Assembly: GCA_964506965.1 (NCBI GenBank)
Contig: CAZDOF010000001.1
Coordinates: 472-38,554 of the forward strand
Source of the DNA: an uncultured Planctomycetaceae bacterium
GTDB lineage: Bacteria; Planctomycetota; Planctomycetia; Planctomycetales; Planctomycetaceae
Reading direction: 5' to 3'
DNA: 38,083 bases
The notes under the pieces were generated by a model. That model worked only from the letters and a program-made list of their open reading frames with translations, ran no database searches and was not told the origin of the DNA. Within the stretch, counting starts at the first letter, position 1; each line of letters starts with the position of its first letter. Shown in pieces: positions 26,998 to 37,053 of this stretch. The position numbers and the translations under genes were made by a program.

Positions 26998-29087
26998 CCG
27001 TCTCCGACGATCTCGGCCGAATCCGCTGCAGCCTGTCAGGGAACATCCCGGCCGGCAGTTGGCAAACATGCCGCCTGGCCTACACGGCCGGCTTTGCCGG
27101 CATCGACGATACGGGTTCGCTGAAGATCGTCATGCGGTATGCCACCGACAGCGGCACGCCGCAGTTCACCGACCCGGCGGCGGCCAACTACACCACCGCT
27201 GTTGCTTCCAACGGCGCTCAGCTGGCTCTTCGCTGGGATCCCAAGGACAACGTCCGTCCCTGGGGCAAGACACTGCACGTGAAAGTCCTGCAGGGATACC
27301 TCCGCCGGGGCGATACGATCACGGTCACGCTCGGAGACACGTCCGGCGGCAGTCGCGGCTGGCGAATGCAGACGTTCGCCGAGAAGAGCCTGCAACTGCG
27401 GGTACTGGTCGATCGCTACGCCACCTACGTCTACGAGTCGCTGCCCAGGCAACCGGTCCTGCGGATCGTTGCAGCCGATCCGGTCCGCCTGGTGGCAATC
27501 GCCCCGACGCTGGTGATACCGGGACGCCGGTTTCCCGTTCGCTGGCGACTCGAAGATGCCTGGGGCAACCCGGTCGGTCGGTCGCGCCGATTCCATCATC
27601 CCGGCTTTGAGACCGCGGGTCGCTACACCGTCGATGTCATCGATGACCGAACCGGCCTGGCGGCGGAATCCAATCCGGTGATCGCCCGCGACGACGATCG
27701 GTACGGCCGATTCTGGGCCGACCTGCACGGACAAAGCGAGGAGACCATCGGGACGGGAACCATCCAGGAGTACTTCCGGTTTGCCCGCGATCGTGCCTTC
27801 CTCGATATCGCCTCGCACCAGGGAAACGACTTCCAGATCACCGACGACTTCTGGCAGCATCTGCAGGAAACCACGAGGGCGATGAACCAGCCCGGACGGT
27901 TCGTGACCTTTCCCGGCTGGGAGTGGAGTGGTAACACGGGCCTGGGCGGCGACCGCAACGTCGTGTTCCGGGACGAGGGGGGGTCGGTTTTTCGCAGCAG
28001 CCGGGCGCTGGTCGATCCCGGCGAATCCGTCGCACCGGTCGCCGACACCGTCGAGGACCTGTTCGATCAACTCGAAGGATCGAATCCCGCGGCGATGCTG
28101 ATCGCTCACGTCGGCGGACGCTATGCCGATCTCGATCGTCACCGCGAGGAACTGGAACGGGCCGTCGAGGTTCACTCGGCCTGGGGAACTTTCGAGTGGA
28201 TGCTTGACGACGCCTTCCGGCTGGGATACCGGGTGGCAATCGTCGCCAATTCCGACGGGCACAAGGGACGTCCCGGAGCCAGTTCCCCGGGAGCAAGCAC
28301 GTTTGGCAGCTACGGTGGACTGACCTGTGTGCTGGCCGAGCGACTGGACCGGGAAAGTGTCTGGGAGGCGTATCGACAGCGACGGGTCTTCGCGACAACG
28401 GGGGCCCGGATCCTGCTGGACGTGACGACCGAGACCGGCCTGGCAATGGGATCGGTCGTCACCGCCGGGACCGCGATCCCGGAGTTCCGGGTCGGTGTCC
28501 ACGGCACGGCACCGATCGAACGGGTCGAGTTCCGCAACGGCACGGACGTGATCGGCGTCCTGCGGCCCTGGAAGAACCCCGACCCGGGCAACCGGGTCAA
28601 GTTGCTGTGGCAGGGAGCGACCGTCAGGGGCCGGGGCCGGCAGGTGACCTGGGACGGTGGTGTCACGGTCCGGCGAAACCGCATCACCGACTTCCGGCCG
28701 ATCAACTTCCACAACGTCGAGAAGCCCTGTCAACGCGTCGGGCCCCGGGAACTCGCCTGGGAATCGATCACGACCGGAGGCGTGGCCGGCGTGATCACGT
28801 CGCTCCAGCACGCCGGCCGAGGATCGATGACGATTGTGACCCCCCTGGGTCGCTTTGCCATCGACCTGGAGCGGCTCGGCCCACGCGGGCGACGCTGGAA
28901 ACTGGGCGGGCTGGGTCGTCAACTGAGTGTCTACCGTTTGCCGGCAGCCGACGGTCCGCGGGACTTTTCCTTCGTGTTCCGGCCGCGGCCCAAGCAGCTC
29001 CATCCCGGCGACAACCCCCTGTCGGTTCACGTCGTCCAGGAGGACGGACACATGGCGTGGTCGAGTCCCATCTACGTTGTCCGGTGA
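26994..29087 (+). CDS. Cytoplasmic PHP/DUF3604-like metal-dependent hydrolase with N- and C-terminal beta-rich domains (putative).
   Basis: Recognised blocks are FWADLHGQSEE, SHQGND, FPGWEWSG, EVHSAWGTFEW, NSDGHKGRPG and GGLTCVLAERLDRESVWEAYRQRRVFATTGARI. Its ATG overlaps the upstream stop (ATGA, 26994-26997). No signal peptide is present. Confidence 0.55.
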   Translation: MTVSDDLGRIRCSLSGNIPAGSWQTCRLAYTAGFAGIDDTGSLKIVMRYATDSGTPQFTDPAAANYTTAVASNGAQLALRWDPKDNVRPWGKTLHVKVLQGYLRRGDTITVTLGDTSGGSRGWRMQTFAEKSLQLRVLVDRYATYVYESLPRQPVLRIVAADPVRLVAIAPTLVIPGRRFPVRWRLEDAWGNPVGRSRRFHHPGFETAGRYTVDVIDDRTGLAAESNPVIARDDDRYGRFWADLHGQSEETIGTGTIQEYFRFARDRAFLDIASHQGNDFQITDDFWQHLQETTRAMNQPGRFVTFPGWEWSGNTGLGGDRNVVFRDEGGSVFRSSRALVDPGESVAPVADTVEDLFDQLEGSNPAAMLIAHVGGRYADLDRHREELERAVEVHSAWGTFEWMLDDAFRLGYRVAIVANSDGHKGRPGASSPGASTFGSYGGLTCVLAERLDRESVWEAYRQRRVFATTGARILLDVTTETGLAMGSVVTAGTAIPEFRVGVHGTAPIERVEFRNGTDVIGVLRPWKNPDPGNRVKLLWQGATVRGRGRQVTWDGGVTVRRNRITDFRPINFHNVEKPCQRVGPRELAWESITTGGVAGVITSLQHAGRGSMTIVTPLGRFAIDLERLGPRGRRWKLGGLGRQLSVYRLPAADGPRDFSFVFRPRPKQLHPGDNPLSVHVVQEDGHMAWSSPIYVVR

Positions 29088-29105
29088 CCGGGAGCCCCAG
29101 AGCAC

Positions 29106-31226
29106 GTGATCGAGAGACCGACAACTCCTGGTTGCCCACCGATCGGTGACGACATCAACGTTGCCGTCTCGTGGCGCAGTTGGGGGATCGTCACCGGGCT
29201 GGCCATCGGCCTGTCGGTCCTCTTCTGGGCCCCGCTGTACCAGGGTGGCGGGTTGATCGGTGGCGACATCTACACCTACTTCTTCCCCCAGAAAGCCTTT
29301 CTTGCCGACCAGTTTGCCGGAGGTGAATTGCCACTGTGGAACAACCGCGTGGGACACGGCTATCCGCTGGTGGGCGAGAGCCAGACCGGACTGTTCTATC
29401 CGTTCCACCTGCTCTACGCGGTTCTCGATGTCAACACCGCCTACAACGTGGTGCAACTGCTCCACTACGTTCTCGCTTTCCTGTTCACCTGGCGGTACGC
29501 GCGGCAATTGGGCCCCGGCGACACGGCGGGAGTGCTGGCGGCGATCGTGTATGTCTACGGTTGGTTTCCGCCGAGGATCTGCCTGGAGTGGGCGATCCTG
29601 GGTGGGGCCTGGCTACCACTGGCGCTGTGGATGACCGAGCGATTCCTGGTCCAGCGACGGGGGCGTGACCTGGCCGTGCTGGCCGCGACCCTGACTCTGC
29701 AACTGTTGGCCGGTCACTTCCACCTGGCCTTCATCACCCAGTTGGTATTGGCCGCCTACGTCCCGGGACGCTTGTGGCTGGCACGACGAGGTCTGCCCGA
29801 GAGATCGGGAATATCGCGATTCCGGCTGCTGACGGCCACCGGCCTGACACTGGTCCTGGCATTTGGCCTGGCTGCCGTGCAATTGGTCCCGACCTGGGAG
29901 CTGAAACAGACGAGTCAGCGAGGCAACGTGACCGGCCGCAAGTACGACCCCGGCTACGGCCATCTTCCCTTCGCGTACTGGACACAGGTGGTGGTGCCCT
30001 GGAAGTGGTACGACGCCGATCATGATCACGTCTCGCAACTCGACGCCGGCCCGGCCAACACGAACCAGGTCGAGGCTCATCTGTATTTCGGGTTGCCGAC
30101 GATCGGGCTGCTGGTCGTCGCCGGACTGGCCTGGTTGCGACATCGCCAGGCCGATTCGCTGTGGGTGTTGTGGTGCGGACTGGGGGTGCTGGCGTTGGTC
30201 TACACACCGGCCTGGCATCTGCCGGTCACCCGTCATCTGCCGGGTTTCGGATTTTTCACCGGTCCTGGACGTTACAGCATCGTCACCACGCTGGCCGTTG
30301 CCGTCCTGGCCGCCTCAGCCTGGCAATGGCTGGCGACCCGGCCATTGCTGGTTCATCGAGGCGGTGTCGCACTTCTGGTCACCGCGTCATTCTTTCCGCT
30401 GCTCGTCTGGGATCTGTGGGAAGTCAGCCGGAAGCAAACCTACGCGGTGTTCATGGAGAGACCGTTGATCGCTCGTGTCGACACGAGCCCGTTGACCGCC
30501 CGTCTACGACGCATCAGCGGCCGACCGGTCCGGCTGTTCTGTGATTACCAGAACCTGCCCACGCTGCTGGGTGTCGCCTCGACACCCGTCTACCTCGGGC
30601 TGGGTCCCGCCGAGTATTTTGACGAATCCCTGGCGATGCCCGAACCGCTTCCGTTCGAGCGAGCGGCCACGCCCGGCCAGATCGACTGGTTGCAACGTGC
30701 CGGCGTCACGCACATCCTGTGCCGCCGTCCGCTCGACACGTCGGCCTGGCCGGTGAAGTTGATCGAGCGGACATTCGATCCGGCCTTCCTGCAGGTGGCC
30801 TACCACGGCGGTGACGTGCCACTGGAGTTTCATCTCTACGAACTGCTCGGCTCGCGCGGACGCCTGGCATGGCTCGCCCCGGCGGTCCAGCACCCGGCCC
30901 CTCATCGAACAGCCCGGATCACCAGCTACACGGCCCATCGAATCACGGCCCGCGTCGAGTCGGCTGCTGGAGGCCGTGTCGTGCTGACCGATCTCGTGTA
31001 CCCGGGTTGGGAAGTCACCGTCGATGGCCAGCCGGCCGAGACGGTGCGGGTCGACGGCATGTACCGCGGCGTCGATGTCGCCGCGGGCGGTCACGATCTC
31101 GCCTGGACCTACGCACCCACCTCGATCCGGATCGGGGCGGTGATCAGCTTCGTTTCGCTTGTCCTGTCGGTCACGCTGTGTCTTGTCCGTCGAGGACGAT
31201 TCGGACTAGTTTGTGACGAGTCCTGA
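29106..31226 (+). CDS. YfhO-family polytopic membrane protein (GT-C-type glycosyltransferase-like).
   Basis: Recognised blocks are GGDIYTYFFPQKAFLADQFAGGELPLWNNRVGHGYPLVGESQTGLFYP and the C-terminal YPGWEVTVDGQPA...GMYRGVDVAAGGHDLAWTYAP. It has many TM helices. The GTG start at 29106 lies 18 nt after the upstream stop. Confidence 0.7.
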   Translation: MIERPTTPGCPPIGDDINVAVSWRSWGIVTGLAIGLSVLFWAPLYQGGGLIGGDIYTYFFPQKAFLADQFAGGELPLWNNRVGHGYPLVGESQTGLFYPFHLLYAVLDVNTAYNVVQLLHYVLAFLFTWRYARQLGPGDTAGVLAAIVYVYGWFPPRICLEWAILGGAWLPLALWMTERFLVQRRGRDLAVLAATLTLQLLAGHFHLAFITQLVLAAYVPGRLWLARRGLPERSGISRFRLLTATGLTLVLAFGLAAVQLVPTWELKQTSQRGNVTGRKYDPGYGHLPFAYWTQVVVPWKWYDADHDHVSQLDAGPANTNQVEAHLYFGLPTIGLLVVAGLAWLRHRQADSLWVLWCGLGVLALVYTPAWHLPVTRHLPGFGFFTGPGRYSIVTTLAVAVLAASAWQWLATRPLLVHRGGVALLVTASFFPLLVWDLWEVSRKQTYAVFMERPLIARVDTSPLTARLRRISGRPVRLFCDYQNLPTLLGVASTPVYLGLGPAEYFDESLAMPEPLPFERAATPGQIDWLQRAGVTHILCRRPLDTSAWPVKLIERTFDPAFLQVAYHGGDVPLEFHLYELLGSRGRLAWLAPAVQHPAPHRTARITSYTAHRITARVESAAGGRVVLTDLVYPGWEVTVDGQPAETVRVDGMYRGVDVAAGGHDLAWTYAPTSIRIGAVISFVSLVLSVTLCLVRRGRFGLVCDES

Positions 31227-31237
31227 CGTCAGACCCC

Positions 31238-32344
31238 ATGGCATCCCGGGGACACGCTCTCTTGCAGTCAATCCTGTTTCTCTCTGACAACTACTTCTGG
31301 AGCATGCTCGCCTGGCTGGCCACCGGGGCATGTTCGCTGGTGATCCTGGTCCGCCGGCGACGACGGGTGTCGCCACGAGGGAAGCGATGGGTCCACGCCG
31401 GGCTTTCGACCTGGATGGTGCTGGCCGGCCTGACGGGTGTCGAACTGTACTACGCGTTGCTGTACGACACGACCGACAGTTTCAGCATGACCAACGTCTC
31501 GAAGAAGTGGTTTGCCATGCACGTGAAACCCCATGAACGAGAATTGAAGTTCAGCACCAGCACCGGGATTCTCTACCGCGATGACCACAACCTGCCCACG
31601 ACCCGTACCGACGACGAGCATCGGCACGTGATCTTCGTGGGCGACAGCTTCACCTACGGACACGGCGTGAAACGAACAGCCGACCGGTTCACCAATCGCC
31701 TGGCGACGTCACTGGATGCCACGCGGCCCGGCCGGTACACGATCACGAACCTCGCCAACGCCGGCCGCGACCTGCACTGGGTGCACCGGCTGCTCGAAGA
31801 GCTGTTTGCCGGGAAGTACCCGATCGATCGCATCATCTATGTCGTGTGCCTGAACGACATCGAGACATTTCATCCCCGGCACAAGACCTACTACACCGAC
31901 CTGGCCCGCCACGCGCCGACATTTTTCCTGTGGCGCGACACCTACTTCTTCAACCTGATGTACTTCCGGCTCCGGCAATTCGCCATCCCCGACATCCGGA
32001 ACTACTACCAGTTTGTCCGCGAGTACTACGACGGCCGACCGTGGCAGGACATGCAGGATCGCCTGGACGATGTCCAGGCCTTGTGCCGGCAACACGGGGC
32101 GAGGTTCCAGGTGGTTGTCTTTCCGTTCCTGCACAACCTCGGACCGGGCTACCCCTTTCGCAGTGTCCACGACCAGTTCGCCGGCTGGGGTAAGGACCGC
32201 AAGGTCCGGCTTCTTGACCTCATCGATACCCTGCAGCCTCACGTCCCCAGCGGACTGACCGTCAACTCCTACGACGCCCACCCCAACGAACGTGCCCACG
32301 CACTCGTGGCCGAAACGATCGGGCGGACGCTGTTTGCCGACTAG
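31238..32344 (+). CDS. Membrane-anchored SGNH/GDSL-family hydrolase (esterase/acyltransferase-like).
   Basis: It has two N-terminal TM helices. Block I is VIFVGDSFTYG. Block II is LANAGRD. Block III is VVCLNDI. Block V is YDAHPNERAH. The start lies 11 nt after the upstream stop. Confidence 0.72.
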   Translation: MASRGHALLQSILFLSDNYFWSMLAWLATGACSLVILVRRRRRVSPRGKRWVHAGLSTWMVLAGLTGVELYYALLYDTTDSFSMTNVSKKWFAMHVKPHERELKFSTSTGILYRDDHNLPTTRTDDEHRHVIFVGDSFTYGHGVKRTADRFTNRLATSLDATRPGRYTITNLANAGRDLHWVHRLLEELFAGKYPIDRIIYVVCLNDIETFHPRHKTYYTDLARHAPTFFLWRDTYFFNLMYFRLRQFAIPDIRNYYQFVREYYDGRPWQDMQDRLDDVQALCRQHGARFQVVVFPFLHNLGPGYPFRSVHDQFAGWGKDRKVRLLDLIDTLQPHVPSGLTVNSYDAHPNERAHALVAETIGRTLFAD

Positions 32345-33372
32345 TCACCCAGCGGCAGGTCAATCGGCCGACCCGATTCGGCGCTGCGGGCCACCGCCTC
32401 GGTGAACTCCATGTATTTCACCCCGGTTTCGAAACCGGTCAGGCGAATCGACTCGGTGCCGCGAATCGCCCCGATGAATTCCTCCTCGACCCGCCAGCCA
32501 CCGCGTTGCTCTTCGGGAATCTCCGGTTCGTGCAGGGACTCCTCACCCCCGCGGCCGATCATCAATTGCTCGGCACCAAGATCGACCCGGATCGTGCCAG
32601 CGCTGCCATAGAGGTGGAGATGAAATCCCGGGCCATGCAGGGCCACACCACTGAGGTGATACAGCCCGCGGCCACCACCCTCCAGCTCCGTCACCACCTG
32701 CACGCTGTCGGGAATCGTCACCGGTCCGTCGGGCCGTTCGGGGCCGAAGGTGGCCACCTGGGCAAACACGCGGCGAGGGTCCGGAGCCCATCGCAGCGCG
32801 GCCTCGTGCAGAATTCCCATCGCCAACACGTTCCACCCACTGATCTCGCGATCCTGCCGCCAGTGCCGGGGGATCGTGACGTCGTGGAACTGGTCATTGG
32901 CTCCGATCACCACCAGTTCACGCAACTCTCCCAGGAACCCGTCATCGATCAGGTTGCGAACGTAATCCAGGCAGAAGAACGCAAAGGGACTGGGAACAAT
33001 CTGTGTCACCAGGTCCGGCCGCGCCTGCGAGGCCGCCAGCATTCGGTGCGCCTCGGCAGCCGTCCGCGCCATCCGGGCCTCGACCATCACGTGCTTGCCG
33101 GCCTCGAGTGCCGCACAGGTGATCTCGCAGTGCATGTTCGGCCAGGTGCCGATCATGACCGCGTCGAGACCATCGTCGGTCACCAGGTCCTGCCAGCTCT
33201 CGTACACCCGGGGAATCTCGAATTCCTCGGCGGCCCGCGCCGAGGATTCCGACGACCGGTTGACCAGGCCCACCAGTTCGACCTCCTCGATGGCCCGAAA
33301 TCCGGGGACGTGGCGAAGTCGCGTGTTGGCACCGGCACCAACGATGCCGACTCGAATCGTATCCATCGACAT
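32341..33372 (-). CDS. Gfo/Idh/MocA-family NAD(P)-dependent oxidoreductase.
   Basis: It has a Rossmann N-terminus (IRVGIVGAGANTRLRHVPGF), followed by DAVMIGTWPNMHCEITCAALEAGKHVMVEARMA. The start is ATG 33372 (GAGG upstream) or ATG 33366; the listed 33474 is probably too long. Confidence 0.85.
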   Translation of the reverse strand: MSMDTIRVGIVGAGANTRLRHVPGFRAIEEVELVGLVNRSSESSARAAEEFEIPRVYESWQDLVTDDGLDAVMIGTWPNMHCEITCAALEAGKHVMVEARMARTAAEAHRMLAASQARPDLVTQIVPSPFAFFCLDYVRNLIDDGFLGELRELVVIGANDQFHDVTIPRHWRQDREISGWNVLAMGILHEAALRWAPDPRRVFAQVATFGPERPDGPVTIPDSVQVVTELEGGGRGLYHLSGVALHGPGFHLHLYGSAGTIRVDLGAEQLMIGRGGEESLHEPEIPEEQRGGWRVEEEFIGAIRGTESIRLTGFETGVKYMEFTEAVARSAESGRPIDLPLGD

Positions 33373-33497
33373 GCAGAACCTCACGGGTGAAAACTCGAAG
33401 CGGAAACCGGATCTTAGCGGGCGAGCAGCCTCGAAACCAACGACCGCTGTTCTCCACGGTGGTTCCGGGGACACCGGCCAAACACTTCCCGTCAGCC

Positions 33498-34685
33498 TCA
33501 GGCGGCCCGGGCCAGGCGACGCGTGGGCAGTCGCTCAAGAATCGCGGTCGCGGTCCGTTCGGTGGCTCCGGCCAGGACGACCTCCTCGTACACCGCACCC
33601 ATCCGTCCCGCGATCGTCGCCAGCGTGGCCGGATCACGAAGCCAGCCGTCGAGAATCGCCGTGATCGGACCGATCTTCGGCGCGATCGAGCCGGCAAACG
33701 GGAACTCCGGAATCAACTCGTCATCGAGAAACAGGTTCGGCAACGACATGTACCGGCAGGTCACCAGCCGCCGCGCCAGGAATCTCATCAGCCGCGTCGA
33801 TCGGTAGACTGCCACCGCGGGGGTCCTGCGTGCAAGAACCTCGAGACTGACCGACCCCGAGACCATCAGGCAGCAATCGGCCGCCTCCAGGATCTCCGAG
33901 GTCCGGCCGACATGGAACTCGACACGCCCTCCTCCATCGGCAACCCGTTCCCCGGCCAGGAAGTGGGACTCGCAGTAACGGCGATGGGCGGCACGATAAT
34001 TGGCCACCACGAATCGAGCCGACCGATGCCGCCGTTGCAGTTGCAGGATCACCTCCTGCAGCAGCGGCCAGTTCATCGCGACCTCGTGGGAACGCGATCC
34101 CGGTAGCACGGCGACGACCGGCGAGGAACCGGACCGGCACGCCTCAACAAAGTCCTCGTCGAGAGCCCGTTCGTCCACCTCGTCGAAAAACGGGTGACCG
34201 ACATACTCAACCGCGATACCTCGCCGGGCATACCAATCCTTCTCGAACGGCAATCCGCACAGGACGTGATCGACGAACCGACGAATTCTCTTGATCCGCC
34301 AGGAAGCCCAGGCCCACAGCTGGGGCGGCAGGTAATAAAAGACCGGAATTCCCGCCGCATGCGCCTTGCGAGCGATCCACCAGTTGAACCCGGGGAAGTC
34401 CACGAGCACGACGGCATCGGGCGGATCGGTCCGGAAAATCTGTTCGGCACGCCTGACCAGCCGATAGAACTTGCCGAGCATCGGCACGACCCGTGTGAAT
34501 CCCATCACGGCCAGATCGGTCAACGGGTACACGAACTCGCCGCCGGCCTCTTCAATCAGTGGCCTCATCAGCGGGCCGCCGAAACCGGTCGGGATGATCT
34601 CGGGTCGGCGGGACCGCAGTTCCCGGATCAGTGCGGCGGCGTGCTGATCTCCACTGGGTTCACCGACCGAAAAGAAAATCCGCAT
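33498..34685 (-). CDS. lpxB: Lipid-A-disaccharide synthase.
   Basis: It starts MRIFFSVGEPSGDQHAAALIRELR. FGGPLM and PGFN blocks follow. Length and order are typical of LpxB. Confidence 0.9.
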   Translation of the reverse strand: MRIFFSVGEPSGDQHAAALIRELRSRRPEIIPTGFGGPLMRPLIEEAGGEFVYPLTDLAVMGFTRVVPMLGKFYRLVRRAEQIFRTDPPDAVVLVDFPGFNWWIARKAHAAGIPVFYYLPPQLWAWASWRIKRIRRFVDHVLCGLPFEKDWYARRGIAVEYVGHPFFDEVDERALDEDFVEACRSGSSPVVAVLPGSRSHEVAMNWPLLQEVILQLQRRHRSARFVVANYRAAHRRYCESHFLAGERVADGGGRVEFHVGRTSEILEAADCCLMVSGSVSLEVLARRTPAVAVYRSTRLMRFLARRLVTCRYMSLPNLFLDDELIPEFPFAGSIAPKIGPITAILDGWLRDPATLATIAGRMGAVYEEVVLAGATERTATAILERLPTRRLARAA

Positions 34686-34786
34686 CCGCCGACCCCTGTT
34701 GGCTGACCACTGAAATCGCCGGCAAGGTAGGCCGCAAGACGGGCAACGTCAAGACGGACCCGGATCCGGCAGGGGTCCCGTTTTCG

Positions 34787-36361
34787 CTAGTGAGAGCGCC
34801 AGAACGACGGGACGAAAAGGACGAGAATGGCAAACAACTCCAACCGGCCCAGCAACATCAACACCGTGAGCAGCAGCTTCGACTGCGGGGCCAACATCGC
34901 GTAGTTGCTCTCGGGGCCGAACACGCCCAGGCCCGGACCGATGTTGTTCAGCGTGGCCGCCACGGCACTGGCCGTATCGATCAGCCGACTCGATTCTTCC
35001 CCTCGCCAGGCGTTCCCCGGTTCGATCACCAGCAGCAGCATCCAGCTGATCACGCAGATCAACAGGACCAGGCAGAAGTACACGACGACCTGGTGCCGCT
35101 GCGCCTTGTCGATCGGTGTTCCGGCCAACCGCAAAGGCCTGACCACGTTGGGACGGAATGCCTGTTCGACCTCGAGCCGCACGATCTTCGCGAACAGAAT
35201 GAACCGCACGACTTTCAGGCCACCGCCCGTCGAGCCGGCGCAGCCACCGATGAACATCAGCAACAGCAGCAGGCCACGTGAAAAATCGCTCCACTGGTCA
35301 AAGTTGGCTGTCGCAAACCCGGTGGTGGTCATGATCGACGTTGCCTGGAAGACCGCAATCCGGATCGCCGGTAACGGGTCGTTGACCTGGTCATTGAAGA
35401 AGATCGAAAGTCCCAGGAACAGCGCTGCGGAGACCAGCAGGAACAGGTAGACGCGAAACTCGGGGTCCCGACGAAATGTCTTCAGCAGTTGGCGTCGGGA
35501 AACCGCCAGCGGAAACAGCGAGAAGTTCGTGCCGGCCACGATCATGAAGATCACGATCGTCCATTCGATCCATACGCTCCCAAACCCCCCCACGCTGGCA
35601 TTTCGAGTGCTGAACCCACCGGTGGCCATCGTGCCGAAGGTGTGGCACATCGCATCGAAAATACTCATCCCCTCCACGGCCAATAACAGCGCCAGCAACC
35701 CGCTGATACCGACATAGATCGCCCACAACATCATCGCCGCTTCCTGGACACGCGGCCTGACGTTCGAGGACATCGGGCCGGGCACCTCGCGGCGCAGCAG
35801 AGCCTTGCCTCCGGCTCCGAGTTGCCTGAGGATCGCCACGAACAGGACGATGATCCCCATTCCACCCAGCCAGTGAGTGAAACTCCGCCAGAAGAGGATG
35901 CAGCGGGGTACGAGCGGCCGCGTGCCCGCGGTACCGACCTCGAGATCGGTCAACACGCTGGCCCCGGTCGTCGTGAAACCCGAAACCGACTCGAACAGCG
36001 CGTCGGCCACTCCCAGGGTGACAATCATCTCGCGGCCGTCGGGGGCGACGGCAATCCGCTGGACACCGGAAAACAGGAACGGCAGGGCCCCCAGGCTTCC
36101 GGCCAGCAACCAGCCCAGGCCGACGATCGCCAGGGCTTCCTTTCGCAGAATCGGACCACTGTCTTGGCGGCCGATGTAAAACAACCCGCCTCCGACCGCA
36201 AGACTGCAGCCTATCGCCGCAACCAGGCCGCGGAACCCGGCGGTTTCAAAGGTCTCGGCCTCACCACACTCCGGGAACGCCCACGGCAGGCTGAACACCA
36301 TCGAACCGCCAACCAGAACTCCCAGCATGCCGAGCATTCGACACAACAGAAACCAATTCAT
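34787..36361 (-). CDS. trkH: TrkH/KtrB-family potassium uptake protein.
   Basis: Four MPM selectivity-filter repeats are present: TTTGAS, GGMGI, TGGFST and [18 protein letters not shown] is also present. It has about 10-12 TM helices. Confidence 0.9.
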   Translation of the reverse strand: MNWFLLCRMLGMLGVLVGGSMVFSLPWAFPECGEAETFETAGFRGLVAAIGCSLAVGGGLFYIGRQDSGPILRKEALAIVGLGWLLAGSLGALPFLFSGVQRIAVAPDGREMIVTLGVADALFESVSGFTTTGASVLTDLEVGTAGTRPLVPRCILFWRSFTHWLGGMGIIVLFVAILRQLGAGGKALLRREVPGPMSSNVRPRVQEAAMMLWAIYVGISGLLALLLAVEGMSIFDAMCHTFGTMATGGFSTRNASVGGFGSVWIEWTIVIFMIVAGTNFSLFPLAVSRRQLLKTFRRDPEFRVYLFLLVSAALFLGLSIFFNDQVNDPLPAIRIAVFQATSIMTTTGFATANFDQWSDFSRGLLLLLMFIGGCAGSTGGGLKVVRFILFAKIVRLEVEQAFRPNVVRPLRLAGTPIDKAQRHQVVVYFCLVLLICVISWMLLLVIEPGNAWRGEESSRLIDTASAVAATLNNIGPGLGVFGPESNYAMLAPQSKLLLTVLMLLGRLELFAILVLFVPSFWRSH

Positions 36362-36460
36362 GCGACGTGACCGCCGGGGGGATCCGGAACCAGGACAGAC
36401 GGGTCCGCAGCCGACAATTCTATCGACCCGACCATGGCCGACTCAATCACCACCCGATTC

Positions 36461-36955
36461 CTACGCAGCCGGGGAAATCAACACCCGGGAGGAATCGACG
36501 GCGAAATCACACCACTCGGCCCGGCTGCGAGGGGCTGATGCGATCTTGAATGACACCAGCGAGGTCCCAGCACACGACCAGGATCGACAGGTACCGGGAA
36601 ATGCGGTCAGGACACCCGGCTCCCGACAGTCGATCATCACCAGCGCGCCACCGGGTCGCAGCGACGCCAACCACCCGGCCACGACCTCGCCAAGTTCACA
36701 CCCCGGGTGGTGTGCCGGACGAGCCACCACCAGCTGGTACATCGTCCCGGGCACGGTGAAATCATCGGTCGCCTCGGCGTCGAGGCCCAGAAAATCGAGA
36801 TACTCCACGAGGTCGCCGGTTCCGGTCGCATCCAGGACGCGATCGCCGGGACCGATCCCGTTCCTGAGCAGCAATTCACGAAACATCGCCCGCGGCAACG
36901 GCATCGCGGGAACATCAAAGGCTGCGCGGTGACGCGGTCCCTGAAACCAACGCAA
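36461..36955 (-). CDS. Small class I SAM-dependent methyltransferase-like protein (putative); start uncertain (ATG 36955, 36904 or 36886).
   Basis: Motif I-like sequence is RVLDATGTGDL. An acidic post-I residue follows (LGLDAEATD). YQLVVA and LRPGGALVMI follow in the order expected for the Rossmann MTase fold. Confidence 0.4.
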   Translation of the reverse strand: MRWFQGPRHRAAFDVPAMPLPRAMFRELLLRNGIGPGDRVLDATGTGDLVEYLDFLGLDAEATDDFTVPGTMYQLVVARPAHHPGCELGEVVAGWLASLRPGGALVMIDCREPGVLTAFPGTCRSWSCAGTSLVSFKIASAPRSRAEWCDFAVDSSRVLISPAA

Positions 36956-37053
36956 GAGAACTCCTCCGGGAACCCGGGCGACCGAGCGGATGCTCGAGGT
37001 CGCGGTACTCTACGCGCCGTCCCAAAACCGGTCAACACGGGTTCGCGACCCCG

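Noticed and set aside
27036-29507. An 823-aa minus-strand ORF.
   Set aside because: It lies antisense to the PHP-like gene and the start of the YfhO-like gene. It has no motifs, and the plus-strand frames have family-specific blocks and operon-like coupling.
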